Below are positions 27,573-35,200 of a stretch of DNA of 56,001 bases, in pieces. Positions within the stretch are counted from its first letter, which is position 1. Each line of letters opens with the position of its first letter. The position numbers and the translations under genes were made by a program. The stretch lies in the IMG/VR virus record IMGVR_UViG_3300032282_003292, positions 1-56,001 of that record, one strand, 5' to 3'. This stretch comes from a virus. Lineage: Duplodnaviria; Caudoviricetes. Under the pieces are notes generated by a model that saw only the letters and a list, made by a program, of their open reading frames with translations, ran no database searches and was not told where the DNA came from.

Positions 27573-28087
27573 ATTCTAACAAATTCAAACCTATCATATT
27601 TAGATCCCCAAAGTTGATGTCCATGCTGAGCACAGAAACCACGATCCATAACATAGTAGTGAGTTGGGGTCAACTCAATTTCATTTTGAAGATAAGTTTC
27701 ACGACCATTCCATTCTACCATACAATTACATCCAGTAAGACCACCTTTAAATATCTCACGCTCTTGTGTTAAAATAATATCACAACCAGATTTCAATTCC
27801 AAATCTTTATAATTTAGAGTATATAAATTTTTAAAATTTACAAATTCTTGTGGATTTTTTAATTTATAATTTATAATTTTTATATAATTGTCTTCTTGAA
27901 TAGGTTGCAAAACAAATTGGCGATATGGAGTTTTTAAATCATAGTTATATGCTTGTTCTCCATAAAATAATCCGTTACCTATATTGATATGAGTAACTCT
28001 TATGTGTGCATATTTAGATGGGTGAGAAAATGCTTGATACTGATTTTCAAACTTGCCTTCAACTAATTTAAAGAAATATTCAATCAT
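27563..28087 (-). CDS. cpeT: CpeT/CpcT-family phycobilin lyase
   Basis: G.F.N..QA...P..YAHI, EQAY....PYRQ, GC.I, MDRG....G.Q.WGS. Confidence 0.9.
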   Translation of the reverse strand: MIEYFFKLVEGKFENQYQAFSHPSKYAHIRVTHINIGNGLFYGEQAYNYDLKTPYRQFVLQPIQEDNYIKIINYKLKNPQEFVNFKNLYTLNYKDLELKSGCDIILTQEREIFKGGLTGCNCMVEWNGRETYLQNEIELTPTHYYVMDRGFCAQHGHQLWGSKYDRFEFVRMPL

Positions 28088-28346
28088 CTTTAGGCAACAA
28101 TTCAGGATTTAGACATTCAACTTCATACATCAAAGGATGCATTTCTTCCATTACTAGATAATTTGATACTCTAAATAACTCTTCGTCATCATAATCTTTG
28201 TGTGATAATGCTTCGGTTTGAACAGATGGATGTTCTTGAATTATTAGTGGTAACTCATCAAAAGTATAGGGAAGATCTTGTATGAAATACATACGCACAA
28301 CCTCACCCATATAAAAACAATATGCCTGAGATAGTGTGTATTTCAT
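28080..28346 (-). CDS. conserved cyanophage hypothetical protein
   Basis: ORF preceded by CTAAATA late-like box at 28368-28374. Confidence 0.75.
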   Translation of the reverse strand: MKYTLSQAYCFYMGEVVRMYFIQDLPYTFDELPLIIQEHPSVQTEALSHKDYDDEELFRVSNYLVMEEMHPLMYEVECLNPELLPKDD

Positions 28347-28380
28347 TACGTTTTCCCACTACTAGTGTATTTAGTGAGAA

Positions 28381-28453
28381 TAGGAGTGGTGGGATTCGAA
28401 CCCACCCTTGAACGATTTTAAGTCGTTTGCCTCTTCCGCTGGGCTACACTCCC
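28381..28453 (-). tRNA. tRNA-Leu(TAA), short variable loop
   Basis: Cloverleaf, AACGA-CTTAAAA-TCGTT. Confidence 0.9.
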
Positions 28454-28462
28454 GATAGAACA

Positions 28463-28491
28463 ATCATAGCAGGTGGTGCTGAGATTGTCAA
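28463..28491 (-). promoter_or_regulatory. sigma70-type promoter TTGACA-17-TATGAT
   Basis: Between tRNA-CAT and tRNA-Leu(TAA). Confidence 0.75.
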
Positions 28492-28492
28492 G

Positions 28493-28565
28493 TGCTGGTT
28501 GTCGGGATCGAACCGACCTGTCTTGCCTTATGAGGGCAGTGCTTTCTCCAGAGAGCTAAACCAGC
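28493..28565 (-). tRNA. tRNA with CAT anticodon (elongator Met or lysidine Ile2)
   Basis: Cloverleaf, TGCC-CTCATAA-GGCA; no initiator GGG/CCC stem. Confidence 0.85.
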
Positions 28566-28590
28566 ATTTGCTATTTGCAAATAGCAAATG
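28565..28590. repeat. 26-bp perfect palindrome CATTTGCTATTTGCAAATAGCAAATG
   Basis: Identical to its reverse complement; forms the whole spacer between two tRNAs. Confidence 0.9.
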
Positions 28591-28660
28591 GGAATACTGG
28601 GAGTTGAACCCAGACTAAGCCCTTATAAGGAGCCCGCTCTAACCATTAAGCTATACTCCC
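28589..28660 (-). tRNA. tRNA-Ile(TAT)
   Basis: Cloverleaf, GGCTC-CTTATAA-GGGCT. Confidence 0.9.
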
Positions 28661-28661
28661 T

Positions 28662-28736
28662 TGGTAGGACTGCAGGGAATTGAACCCCGTTCACACCGTT
28701 ATAAGCAGTGGGCTTTAACCAATAAGCAACAATCCC
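28662..28736 (-). tRNA. tRNA-Ile(TAT), CCA encoded
   Basis: Cloverleaf, CACTG-CTTATAA-CGGTG, ends ACCA. Confidence 0.9.
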
Positions 28737-28752
28737 ATGTCATTATCTGATG

Positions 28753-28782
28753 ATTGTATCATATTCGGCCCGTTGCTGTCAA
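28753..28782 (-). promoter_or_regulatory. sigma70-type promoter TTGACA-18-TACAAT (extended TG) for tRNA cluster
   Basis: Hexamers just upstream of tRNA-Ile. Confidence 0.7.
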
Positions 28783-28890
28783 GAGGTTTTTCAGTGCCTG
28801 TCTGCGCTTTTTAGCACTTCGTAACGCTTGGGGCTTGAGGTGCCTCTTCTGTTCTTTTTTGCTGTGGTGTTGCCAATTTGGAACTTTCAT
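28759..28890 (-). CDS. 43-aa basic cyanophage protein (MKVPNWQHHSKKEQKRHLKPQALR...), missing from ORF track
   Basis: GAGG RBS, promoter at 28912-28945; recurrent PNWQHHSKK cyanophage peptide. Confidence 0.75.
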   Translation of the reverse strand: MKVPNWQHHSKKEQKRHLKPQALRSAKKRRQALKNLLTATGRI

Positions 28891-28911
28891 GGTTTCCTCG
28901 ACCCGTGTATG

Positions 28912-28945
28912 TATTTATAGTACCACAGAATCTCTCCCGTGTCAA
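28912..28945 (-). promoter_or_regulatory. composite promoter: TTGACA-17-TACTAT overlapping late TATAAATA
   Basis: Both consensus types visible in ...TGGTACTATAAATAC. Confidence 0.75.
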
Positions 28946-28973
28946 TCCCATGTGCCAGATCAATAACTGTCTA

Positions 28974-30068
28974 CTAATTTAAATATATTTGCTTTCCTTT
29001 AATTGTCATATTTTCAACAGCTTTAAATTCTGCAGTTGATTTAGAAGAAATTACCATCTTTTTGGTTGATTCTATTTCAATTTGACCCACTGTAGAAGTT
29101 TTAATATCTGCATTTGCTTTTGTTTGCATAGAAACAGTGCCACCATCTGACGGAGAACCTACATCAAGAAGATAAGTTTCTTTCTGTTGTGTTTTATAGG
29201 GATCAATACCTTTAATTTTAACTGTTTTTTTGCCTTCAATTTCTTCTACGTAATTACCTTTTGTGGATAGAAAATAATTTTTTTTACCAGCAATTGAACA
29301 AGCACCAGCAATATTCAAATTATAATCTCCAGTAACACCAACAGTATAATTGCCATTAACAATATAATTGATACTTCCAGGTGTAGATATTTCTGTTACA
29401 GCTCCTGGTTTAGTTTGTTCTACTTTAAATTCTCCAGATCCTTTAGAATATTCCCCACCAGTTATTTTTTTATTAAAATTCATAGCAGTCAAATTTAAAT
29501 TTCCAGTAAAAATATTTAAATTTCCAGCTCCCGATCCAGAACTTATTTTAACTGCTTCTCCTGCTTCTAGTATTAAATTATTATTTGCTTTTATAGAAAC
29601 ATTATCTCCTTTTATACCAACTTCTCCACCTATAGCTTCTATAGCTATATCACCAAAAACAGCTAAAGAATATGCAGGAGTTTTTTCTTTGGTACTATTT
29701 CCTTTGTTGTCTTTTTTAGAAGTTTCTTTCTCATCATTACCTGAAACTTCAATAGCAACTGATCCTGTTTTTTGCAAAAATTCAGAAGAACTTATAATTG
29801 CTTTTCCACCACAGCCACCCAAGGGTTTTCCAGTAGCTAAAATCATATTTCCACTGGAATCAAAATGAAAAGCTGTTTGTCCATTAGTCAACATAAATCC
29901 AGACGAATCATCTTCGTTTGTATATGTAGCTAATGTCCATCCTTTATCTTTAAATACTACATTACAACTAGCAGGAGGAACACCAGGAGATGGTGGCGTT
30001 CCTCCTTGAGGTTTTGCTGCTGGAGTTCCTTTATTTTTTCCTGTTGCTGGTTTAGTCATTACGGACAA
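28974..30068 (-). CDS. gp5 C-terminal-like (beta-helix needle) baseplate hub protein
   Basis: V.G.Y...V.G.Y 8-residue repeats, IKGKQIYLN terminus; immediately downstream of gp5 N-domain gene. Confidence 0.65.
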   Translation of the reverse strand: MSVMTKPATGKNKGTPAAKPQGGTPPSPGVPPASCNVVFKDKGWTLATYTNEDDSSGFMLTNGQTAFHFDSSGNMILATGKPLGGCGGKAIISSSEFLQKTGSVAIEVSGNDEKETSKKDNKGNSTKEKTPAYSLAVFGDIAIEAIGGEVGIKGDNVSIKANNNLILEAGEAVKISSGSGAGNLNIFTGNLNLTAMNFNKKITGGEYSKGSGEFKVEQTKPGAVTEISTPGSINYIVNGNYTVGVTGDYNLNIAGACSIAGKKNYFLSTKGNYVEEIEGKKTVKIKGIDPYKTQQKETYLLDVGSPSDGGTVSMQTKANADIKTSTVGQIEIESTKKMVISSKSTAEFKAVENMTIKGKQIYLN

Positions 30069-33000
30069 TCAATATATTTACCTGTACCAATCTTAGCGTA
30101 TCCTTTTGCTTCCAAATCTTTCGAATCTAAACAGCTTAAACTTGCTAAAAATTTTGCTCCCATTCCACCGCCACCCATAATTACAACCGATGGCAACTTA
30201 TTATATTTAACTGTTCTATCCAAAATATTTATGCCCTTAACAAAACCGTCTTCAATTATAGCTGTTGCTATAGTAGGATCTCCATTAATATAAACAGTTG
30301 GTTCTGAAGTATAATTTTGTCCTGGTCTTATCATAGTAAAAGAATCTATAATACAATTCAAATTTGTAGGCACATTTTTTTTATAATTTAATCCTGTTCT
30401 AGTAATTCTTATTTCGGAAACATATCCTTTATCATCAAGTAATGGAATAGCTGCTGCTCCATATCCATCTCCAGTAATAATAACTTCTGGTTTAACTACA
30501 TATGGGCATCCTTTATCATCAATTTTTATACTTATAATTTTTCCATCTTCGTCTGTTAAAGCAGTGGCTATAGGAGATTTTAAACAAGGTTCAACTGGTT
30601 TTTTATCTTTATCAGCAAATGTACCTTCTATAATAACATCAGCAAATGCATTTGTTTTGTCAATAGAAAAAGTTACAGTTTCATTATTTTCAATTGCAGT
30701 ATCTTCTTCAATACCAATTTGAACTATTGCTTGATTATTTTTAATAACAAATTGACCATATAATGAATTCAAAATAAAATCAGAAGAAGTTATATTAGCT
30801 CCATACAATCTATAAGTTAATATAGTATCATCCGAAACATTTTCTGTTGTAATAGTGTAAATTATAGTTTCTCCTTCTTTGTAAGAAAGTTTATCTGTAG
30901 AAATGGAATATCTTTTATCTAAAACATTTACTACATTTTGCTCAGGAAAAACTTGATCTGCATTTATTACTACATTCACATAAACATTTGTATCCACTAA
31001 AGAAAATTTTAAAATTTTTGAATAAATTTCTATAATATTATCTTGATTAATTTGAACACTTACCTTAGCTTGATTAGATGTAATTGTAACTGTTCCGCTT
31101 AATACACCACCAAAAATATCACTTTGAGTAATATTTTCCCCAGATAAAGTATAATTTAATATTGTGCCATCAGAAACATTTGTTGTAGTAATAGTATAAA
31201 CAATAGTTTCTCCTTCATTTACAGAAACTTTATCTGCATTTACATTATAAGTTGGAGATGTAGAAATTGTTTGACTAATTACAACAGTTTTACTAGCATT
31301 AGTGTCATCTATGCTAAAAGTTAAACTTTCGTCATCTGTATTTCCATCATTATTAGTTGCTATTTGAATCGTAACAGTGGAACTATTAGAAGATATTACA
31401 AAAGATCCAGTCAAAGATCCACCAACAATATCGGAATTAGTAATATTAATACCAGATAAGGTATAGTTTAATACTGTACCATCGGAAACATTTGTAGTTA
31501 TTATATTAAATACTACACTATCTCCTTCCAAAACTTGTTCTTTATTTGAGGTAACATTGTAAGTTGGGAGTTCAATTATTGGAGAATTTGGAGATGAACT
31601 TCCAGAAATTTCCGTCAAAGAAATATTAGGAGTATTAATAATTGGAGGATTTTCTGCATCCACAACATTATTTTCAATGTTATCTTCAATGTTATCTTTT
31701 ATAGTACATCTTAAATAATTTGTAGTTTCAAACACCACATAATGCCCATCAGGTGTTGATGCTTCATTCAATTCAACTTCAAATATTTCATTACCTTCTA
31801 TTAAATTATCAATAAAAGTATTAAATTCTAATGTTTTGCTAGATTCTCCAGGAGCAAAAGCAATAATACCACTTGTTTCTAATGGTTCATAATCAAGATT
31901 AAGAGTTGCTCCTATATTAGTATTGCCTTCATTTATTTTATATCTAAGACTACTTGCAACATCTATAGATCCAGATCTTTTAATTGTAAATACAGCTGTC
32001 TCCCCTTCATAAACTTCTATATCAGATGAAGAATAATTTATACTTCCAAATGTAGTTCCATTAAATCTATCCTCATCAGTAGCAATATTATCTGTATTAT
32101 CTGGTAATGTATTTGGATTATCAGGTGGTTCATATACTCCCCCAACAAATATTATATCGGTAGGCAACTGCGATGGATATTTTTTAGCATCATTACATAT
32201 ACCACTACTATAATCTAAATTTCCGTCTTCAATTGTTTTAATTAATTTATCAAGATCATCTTCATTATCTCCAGATGTAGCACAATCAGTGCATGTAATT
32301 TGAATTTTTTCGCATTGTGCAGAACCACTACAACTAATACCAAGTAAATCCATTATTTTTTTAAGAGCGGTTCCAAGAATGTTTAATGGAGATGCTATTA
32401 CACTCAATAACATTTCAACACCACCTAGTATATCATTAATTAAAGTATCAATATAACCTAATATTTGATTTAATATACCATTTACAAGTTGATCTACCAA
32501 ACATGTAGCTGCACTAAAAGCATTCTGTATATAACCAAGCAATAAATTAGTTAGCCATTGTGCTAATCGATCTGTAAGATCTTCCATCTTACAACCAAGC
32601 TCTTTAAGTATATTATCAAGCCATGTTTGTATGCCTTTGATTCTAGACTTTCTTTTTTTTACTCCAGGATGACCTCTACTTTCGTTAATTTGTTTAACAA
32701 CACGATCATATTCTTCTAACGCAGCTTTAGCAGAAGCAGTATCTCCATTTGCTTCTGCAATAGCCAATACTTCTTTAGCTCCTTCTAAAGCATTTTTTTC
32801 TTCTGTAGTTAATGGCTTATTGATATCGTCAGGAATTATAGAAGTATCTTTTGTATATAATGTAGCATTAATTAATTTTGTGGTAGCCTCTTTCATTAAA
32901 CTAATAATTTCTCCTTTAGCTCTAGCCATAAGACTTCTAATTAGTCTAACAGCTCGATTGATATGATATCTTCCCACTGATATTTGATCCTGCAAATACC

Positions 33001-33757
33001 CAGTAGCTTTACTGACATAAAAATCTCCAAGTTGTCCACCAGATTGTTGATTTGCTCGAAGCATATCTCCAATAATATGAGTCAACGAAGATTTTAAATT
33101 TTTTTCAGTTCCACAATTTGGATTAGCAACAACTACACAAAGTTTTCCTCCAGTGGGATTTGTTTCGGAATTTTCCCCAAAGGCTGCCATTAATGCTGGG
33201 GGCCAGCCACCTTCTTCTCCTGCTCTGCTAGATGCAATCGGATCTCCGCCTAAAATATTAGTTCCTTCTTCATATCCAGGACCGTTATCAGCAGATGCTT
33301 TTCCTTTAGATTCTTTTTGTGGTAAATCTGTTGCTGGATTTATTTCAGATGCATACCTCGTAAAAGATTTACATGTACCTGAAGGATTTGGGTCTTCATT
33401 CATTATAGTTGTAGATCCAGGAACATGCCCAACGGATCCCATTATAATTGGTTTTTGTTTATCATTATCTAAATAAAAACCAATTACCCAATCACCTTGA
33501 TCTAAATTTACAGAAGCTCCTGTACTATTTGAACTACTTCTAGGAGTTGTTACTGGCATCATAGTAGATGCCCATGGTAGATCTTTAGTTGGCATTGCAT
33601 CGCAATTTTTTAAATGCTGACCTACAATTCTTACTTTATATCTACCCGCTTTTTTTGGATCTCCATTTCTTTTTGTTTCTACTTGCCCAATCCACCAATT
33701 AAAACCATCTGATCCTATTTGATTTAATGGAAATAGAGATGCTAATGTTTGATCCAT
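30059..33757 (-). CDS. gp5-like baseplate hub protein (OB-fold) with Calx-beta/Ig-like repeats
   Basis: IG.DGF.WWIGQVE...R.KVRI.G.H...LPWA...G..VIGF.LD...Q.P.IMG; Calx-beta signature. Confidence 0.85.
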   Translation of the reverse strand: MDQTLASLFPLNQIGSDGFNWWIGQVETKRNGDPKKAGRYKVRIVGQHLKNCDAMPTKDLPWASTMMPVTTPRSSSNSTGASVNLDQGDWVIGFYLDNDKQKPIIMGSVGHVPGSTTIMNEDPNPSGTCKSFTRYASEINPATDLPQKESKGKASADNGPGYEEGTNILGGDPIASSRAGEEGGWPPALMAAFGENSETNPTGGKLCVVVANPNCGTEKNLKSSLTHIIGDMLRANQQSGGQLGDFYVSKATGYLQDQISVGRYHINRAVRLIRSLMARAKGEIISLMKEATTKLINATLYTKDTSIIPDDINKPLTTEEKNALEGAKEVLAIAEANGDTASAKAALEEYDRVVKQINESRGHPGVKKRKSRIKGIQTWLDNILKELGCKMEDLTDRLAQWLTNLLLGYIQNAFSAATCLVDQLVNGILNQILGYIDTLINDILGGVEMLLSVIASPLNILGTALKKIMDLLGISCSGSAQCEKIQITCTDCATSGDNEDDLDKLIKTIEDGNLDYSSGICNDAKKYPSQLPTDIIFVGGVYEPPDNPNTLPDNTDNIATDEDRFNGTTFGSINYSSSDIEVYEGETAVFTIKRSGSIDVASSLRYKINEGNTNIGATLNLDYEPLETSGIIAFAPGESSKTLEFNTFIDNLIEGNEIFEVELNEASTPDGHYVVFETTNYLRCTIKDNIEDNIENNVVDAENPPIINTPNISLTEISGSSSPNSPIIELPTYNVTSNKEQVLEGDSVVFNIITTNVSDGTVLNYTLSGINITNSDIVGGSLTGSFVISSNSSTVTIQIATNNDGNTDDESLTFSIDDTNASKTVVISQTISTSPTYNVNADKVSVNEGETIVYTITTTNVSDGTILNYTLSGENITQSDIFGGVLSGTVTITSNQAKVSVQINQDNIIEIYSKILKFSLVDTNVYVNVVINADQVFPEQNVVNVLDKRYSISTDKLSYKEGETIIYTITTENVSDDTILTYRLYGANITSSDFILNSLYGQFVIKNNQAIVQIGIEEDTAIENNETVTFSIDKTNAFADVIIEGTFADKDKKPVEPCLKSPIATALTDEDGKIISIKIDDKGCPYVVKPEVIITGDGYGAAAIPLLDDKGYVSEIRITRTGLNYKKNVPTNLNCIIDSFTMIRPGQNYTSEPTVYINGDPTIATAIIEDGFVKGINILDRTVKYNKLPSVVIMGGGGMGAKFLASLSCLDSKDLEAKGYAKIGTGKYIDCP

Positions 33758-33780
33758 ATCAAAAAATGATTTTTATTTTA

Positions 33781-33787
33781 TATTTAT
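33781..33787 (-). promoter_or_regulatory. late promoter ATAAATA
   Basis: 24 bp upstream of gp5-like gene. Confidence 0.55.
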
Positions 33788-35196
33788 CTAACATTCGAAA
33801 CAGTTTTTCCATAAGAATCTCGTATTAAAGTTAAAAATGTAAATGTTTTTTTAGATTTAGGCATGAATACATTGTTTACAGATTTAATTAAATATACTCC
33901 GCTATGTGTTTCGTCATATGGTTGTTGTGATCTATTTGCAGTTGGAATTTGATTGGGTATTCTGATTTCAATTTTATCACCAGCAACTAAAGATGGATTG
34001 CCTGGAATTTTTATATTTACTTGTTGATTGACCAAGGAATTTATTCTTGATATTGATTGAGCCATGAAATATTTTTGAAAATCTTGATAGGGAGCAGAAG
34101 AAGTTGAATTAATTCCTTTTCTGTCATTAGTTTCTGCTGAAGCTATAGTTGCTTCATTAAACCATAATTCATGATCAAGAACCACACTCATTATTCTAGT
34201 AGGATATTTAGATAGCTCACGTTGACCCTGAGGTAATTTTTCTTGCTTTCCTAAATGAGCCATGTTGTCATAACTATTTGCTAATGAATAAGTATATTCT
34301 TCATAAGATCCTGTACTGTGATTGTAAAAACAAATTAGTGAAGAAAATGCTCCTGTTCGTAGTTTACTTAAAATATCAATTTCTTCCACGAAATCAATGT
34401 CCAAAATTTTATACGCTGGATTACCACCAACACTAATATTTTCTTGAGTGTAAATAGCTACAGGTGGAGTACCATTAAATTTACTAGTAGTAGAACAAAG
34501 ACTATCAATTGATCTAAAATTAAATCCATTTTTATTTTCATAAAATAAATATCCTCCAGTTCCCATCAATTTATTTTCAGAAGAATTTATTAATGAAGAA
34601 GCAGAATTGGATTCTGTTTTATTTAAATTTAGATTAGAATTGGTTGTCTGTTGATTGGTGCTATCATTCGGCACCGCTTTGTTTTTTATAGAATCTATAA
34701 TTGAAAATGGAGTTCTTTTTCCAGGATTATATTTTATATCGAATTTTGTTTTATCATAGTTAAAATCTTTATTTGTTTTTATATTATCTTTCAACATTTG
34801 GCTAATTATAGTTTCTGCCTTTCCACTTAATGTTTTTGGTATTCTTATTCCTTCATTCAATAATGCTTCCAAAGACATTAAACCTAATGTATATTTTTGA
34901 AATCTGTCAGCGGTGAATCTATTATAAATTTTATACACTCTAAATTCATATCTATGCTTTTTATCAAATGAATCTTGCAATTCAATTTTAACTTTCTCAA
35001 ATCCTTGAATAGAAGAAACCAAATTATAACCAGTATCAACTAAATCTAAAGTAGCAGATATAGTTGGCATTAATATATCTTCAAAATAATCAAACCTAAC
35101 AATTAAATCCATAATATTTTTGTAGCCAGTGTCACCTATTAGTTGAATTTGAGCATCAATTAAATAAAAATTACTAGAAAATTGTATTTGTGCCAT
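33784..35196 (-). CDS. baseplate hub (gp27-like) protein
   Basis: YFEDI..P.ISA.L..VD, GYLFYE...GF.F.SID.L, IPG...L.AGD.I, SGVYLI..V...LIRDSYG; position next to gp5; start likely MAQIQF. Confidence 0.7.
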   Translation of the reverse strand: MAQIQFSSNFYLIDAQIQLIGDTGYKNIMDLIVRFDYFEDILMPTISATLDLVDTGYNLVSSIQGFEKVKIELQDSFDKKHRYEFRVYKIYNRFTADRFQKYTLGLMSLEALLNEGIRIPKTLSGKAETIISQMLKDNIKTNKDFNYDKTKFDIKYNPGKRTPFSIIDSIKNKAVPNDSTNQQTTNSNLNLNKTESNSASSLINSSENKLMGTGGYLFYENKNGFNFRSIDSLCSTTSKFNGTPPVAIYTQENISVGGNPAYKILDIDFVEEIDILSKLRTGAFSSLICFYNHSTGSYEEYTYSLANSYDNMAHLGKQEKLPQGQRELSKYPTRIMSVVLDHELWFNEATIASAETNDRKGINSTSSAPYQDFQKYFMAQSISRINSLVNQQVNIKIPGNPSLVAGDKIEIRIPNQIPTANRSQQPYDETHSGVYLIKSVNNVFMPKSKKTFTFLTLIRDSYGKTVSNVR

Positions 35197-35200
35197 GAGT

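Noticed and set aside
25632-28736. Suppressor tRNA / stop-codon recoding
   Set aside because: No CTA/TTA/TCA anticodons; long ORFs are intact under code 11 and all three stops are used at gene ends.
26968-28966. + strand ORFs 26968..27174, 27165..27476, 27515..27772, 28427..28618, 28754..28966
   Set aside because: Antisense to tRNAs/structured RNAs; open only because the region is GC-rich.
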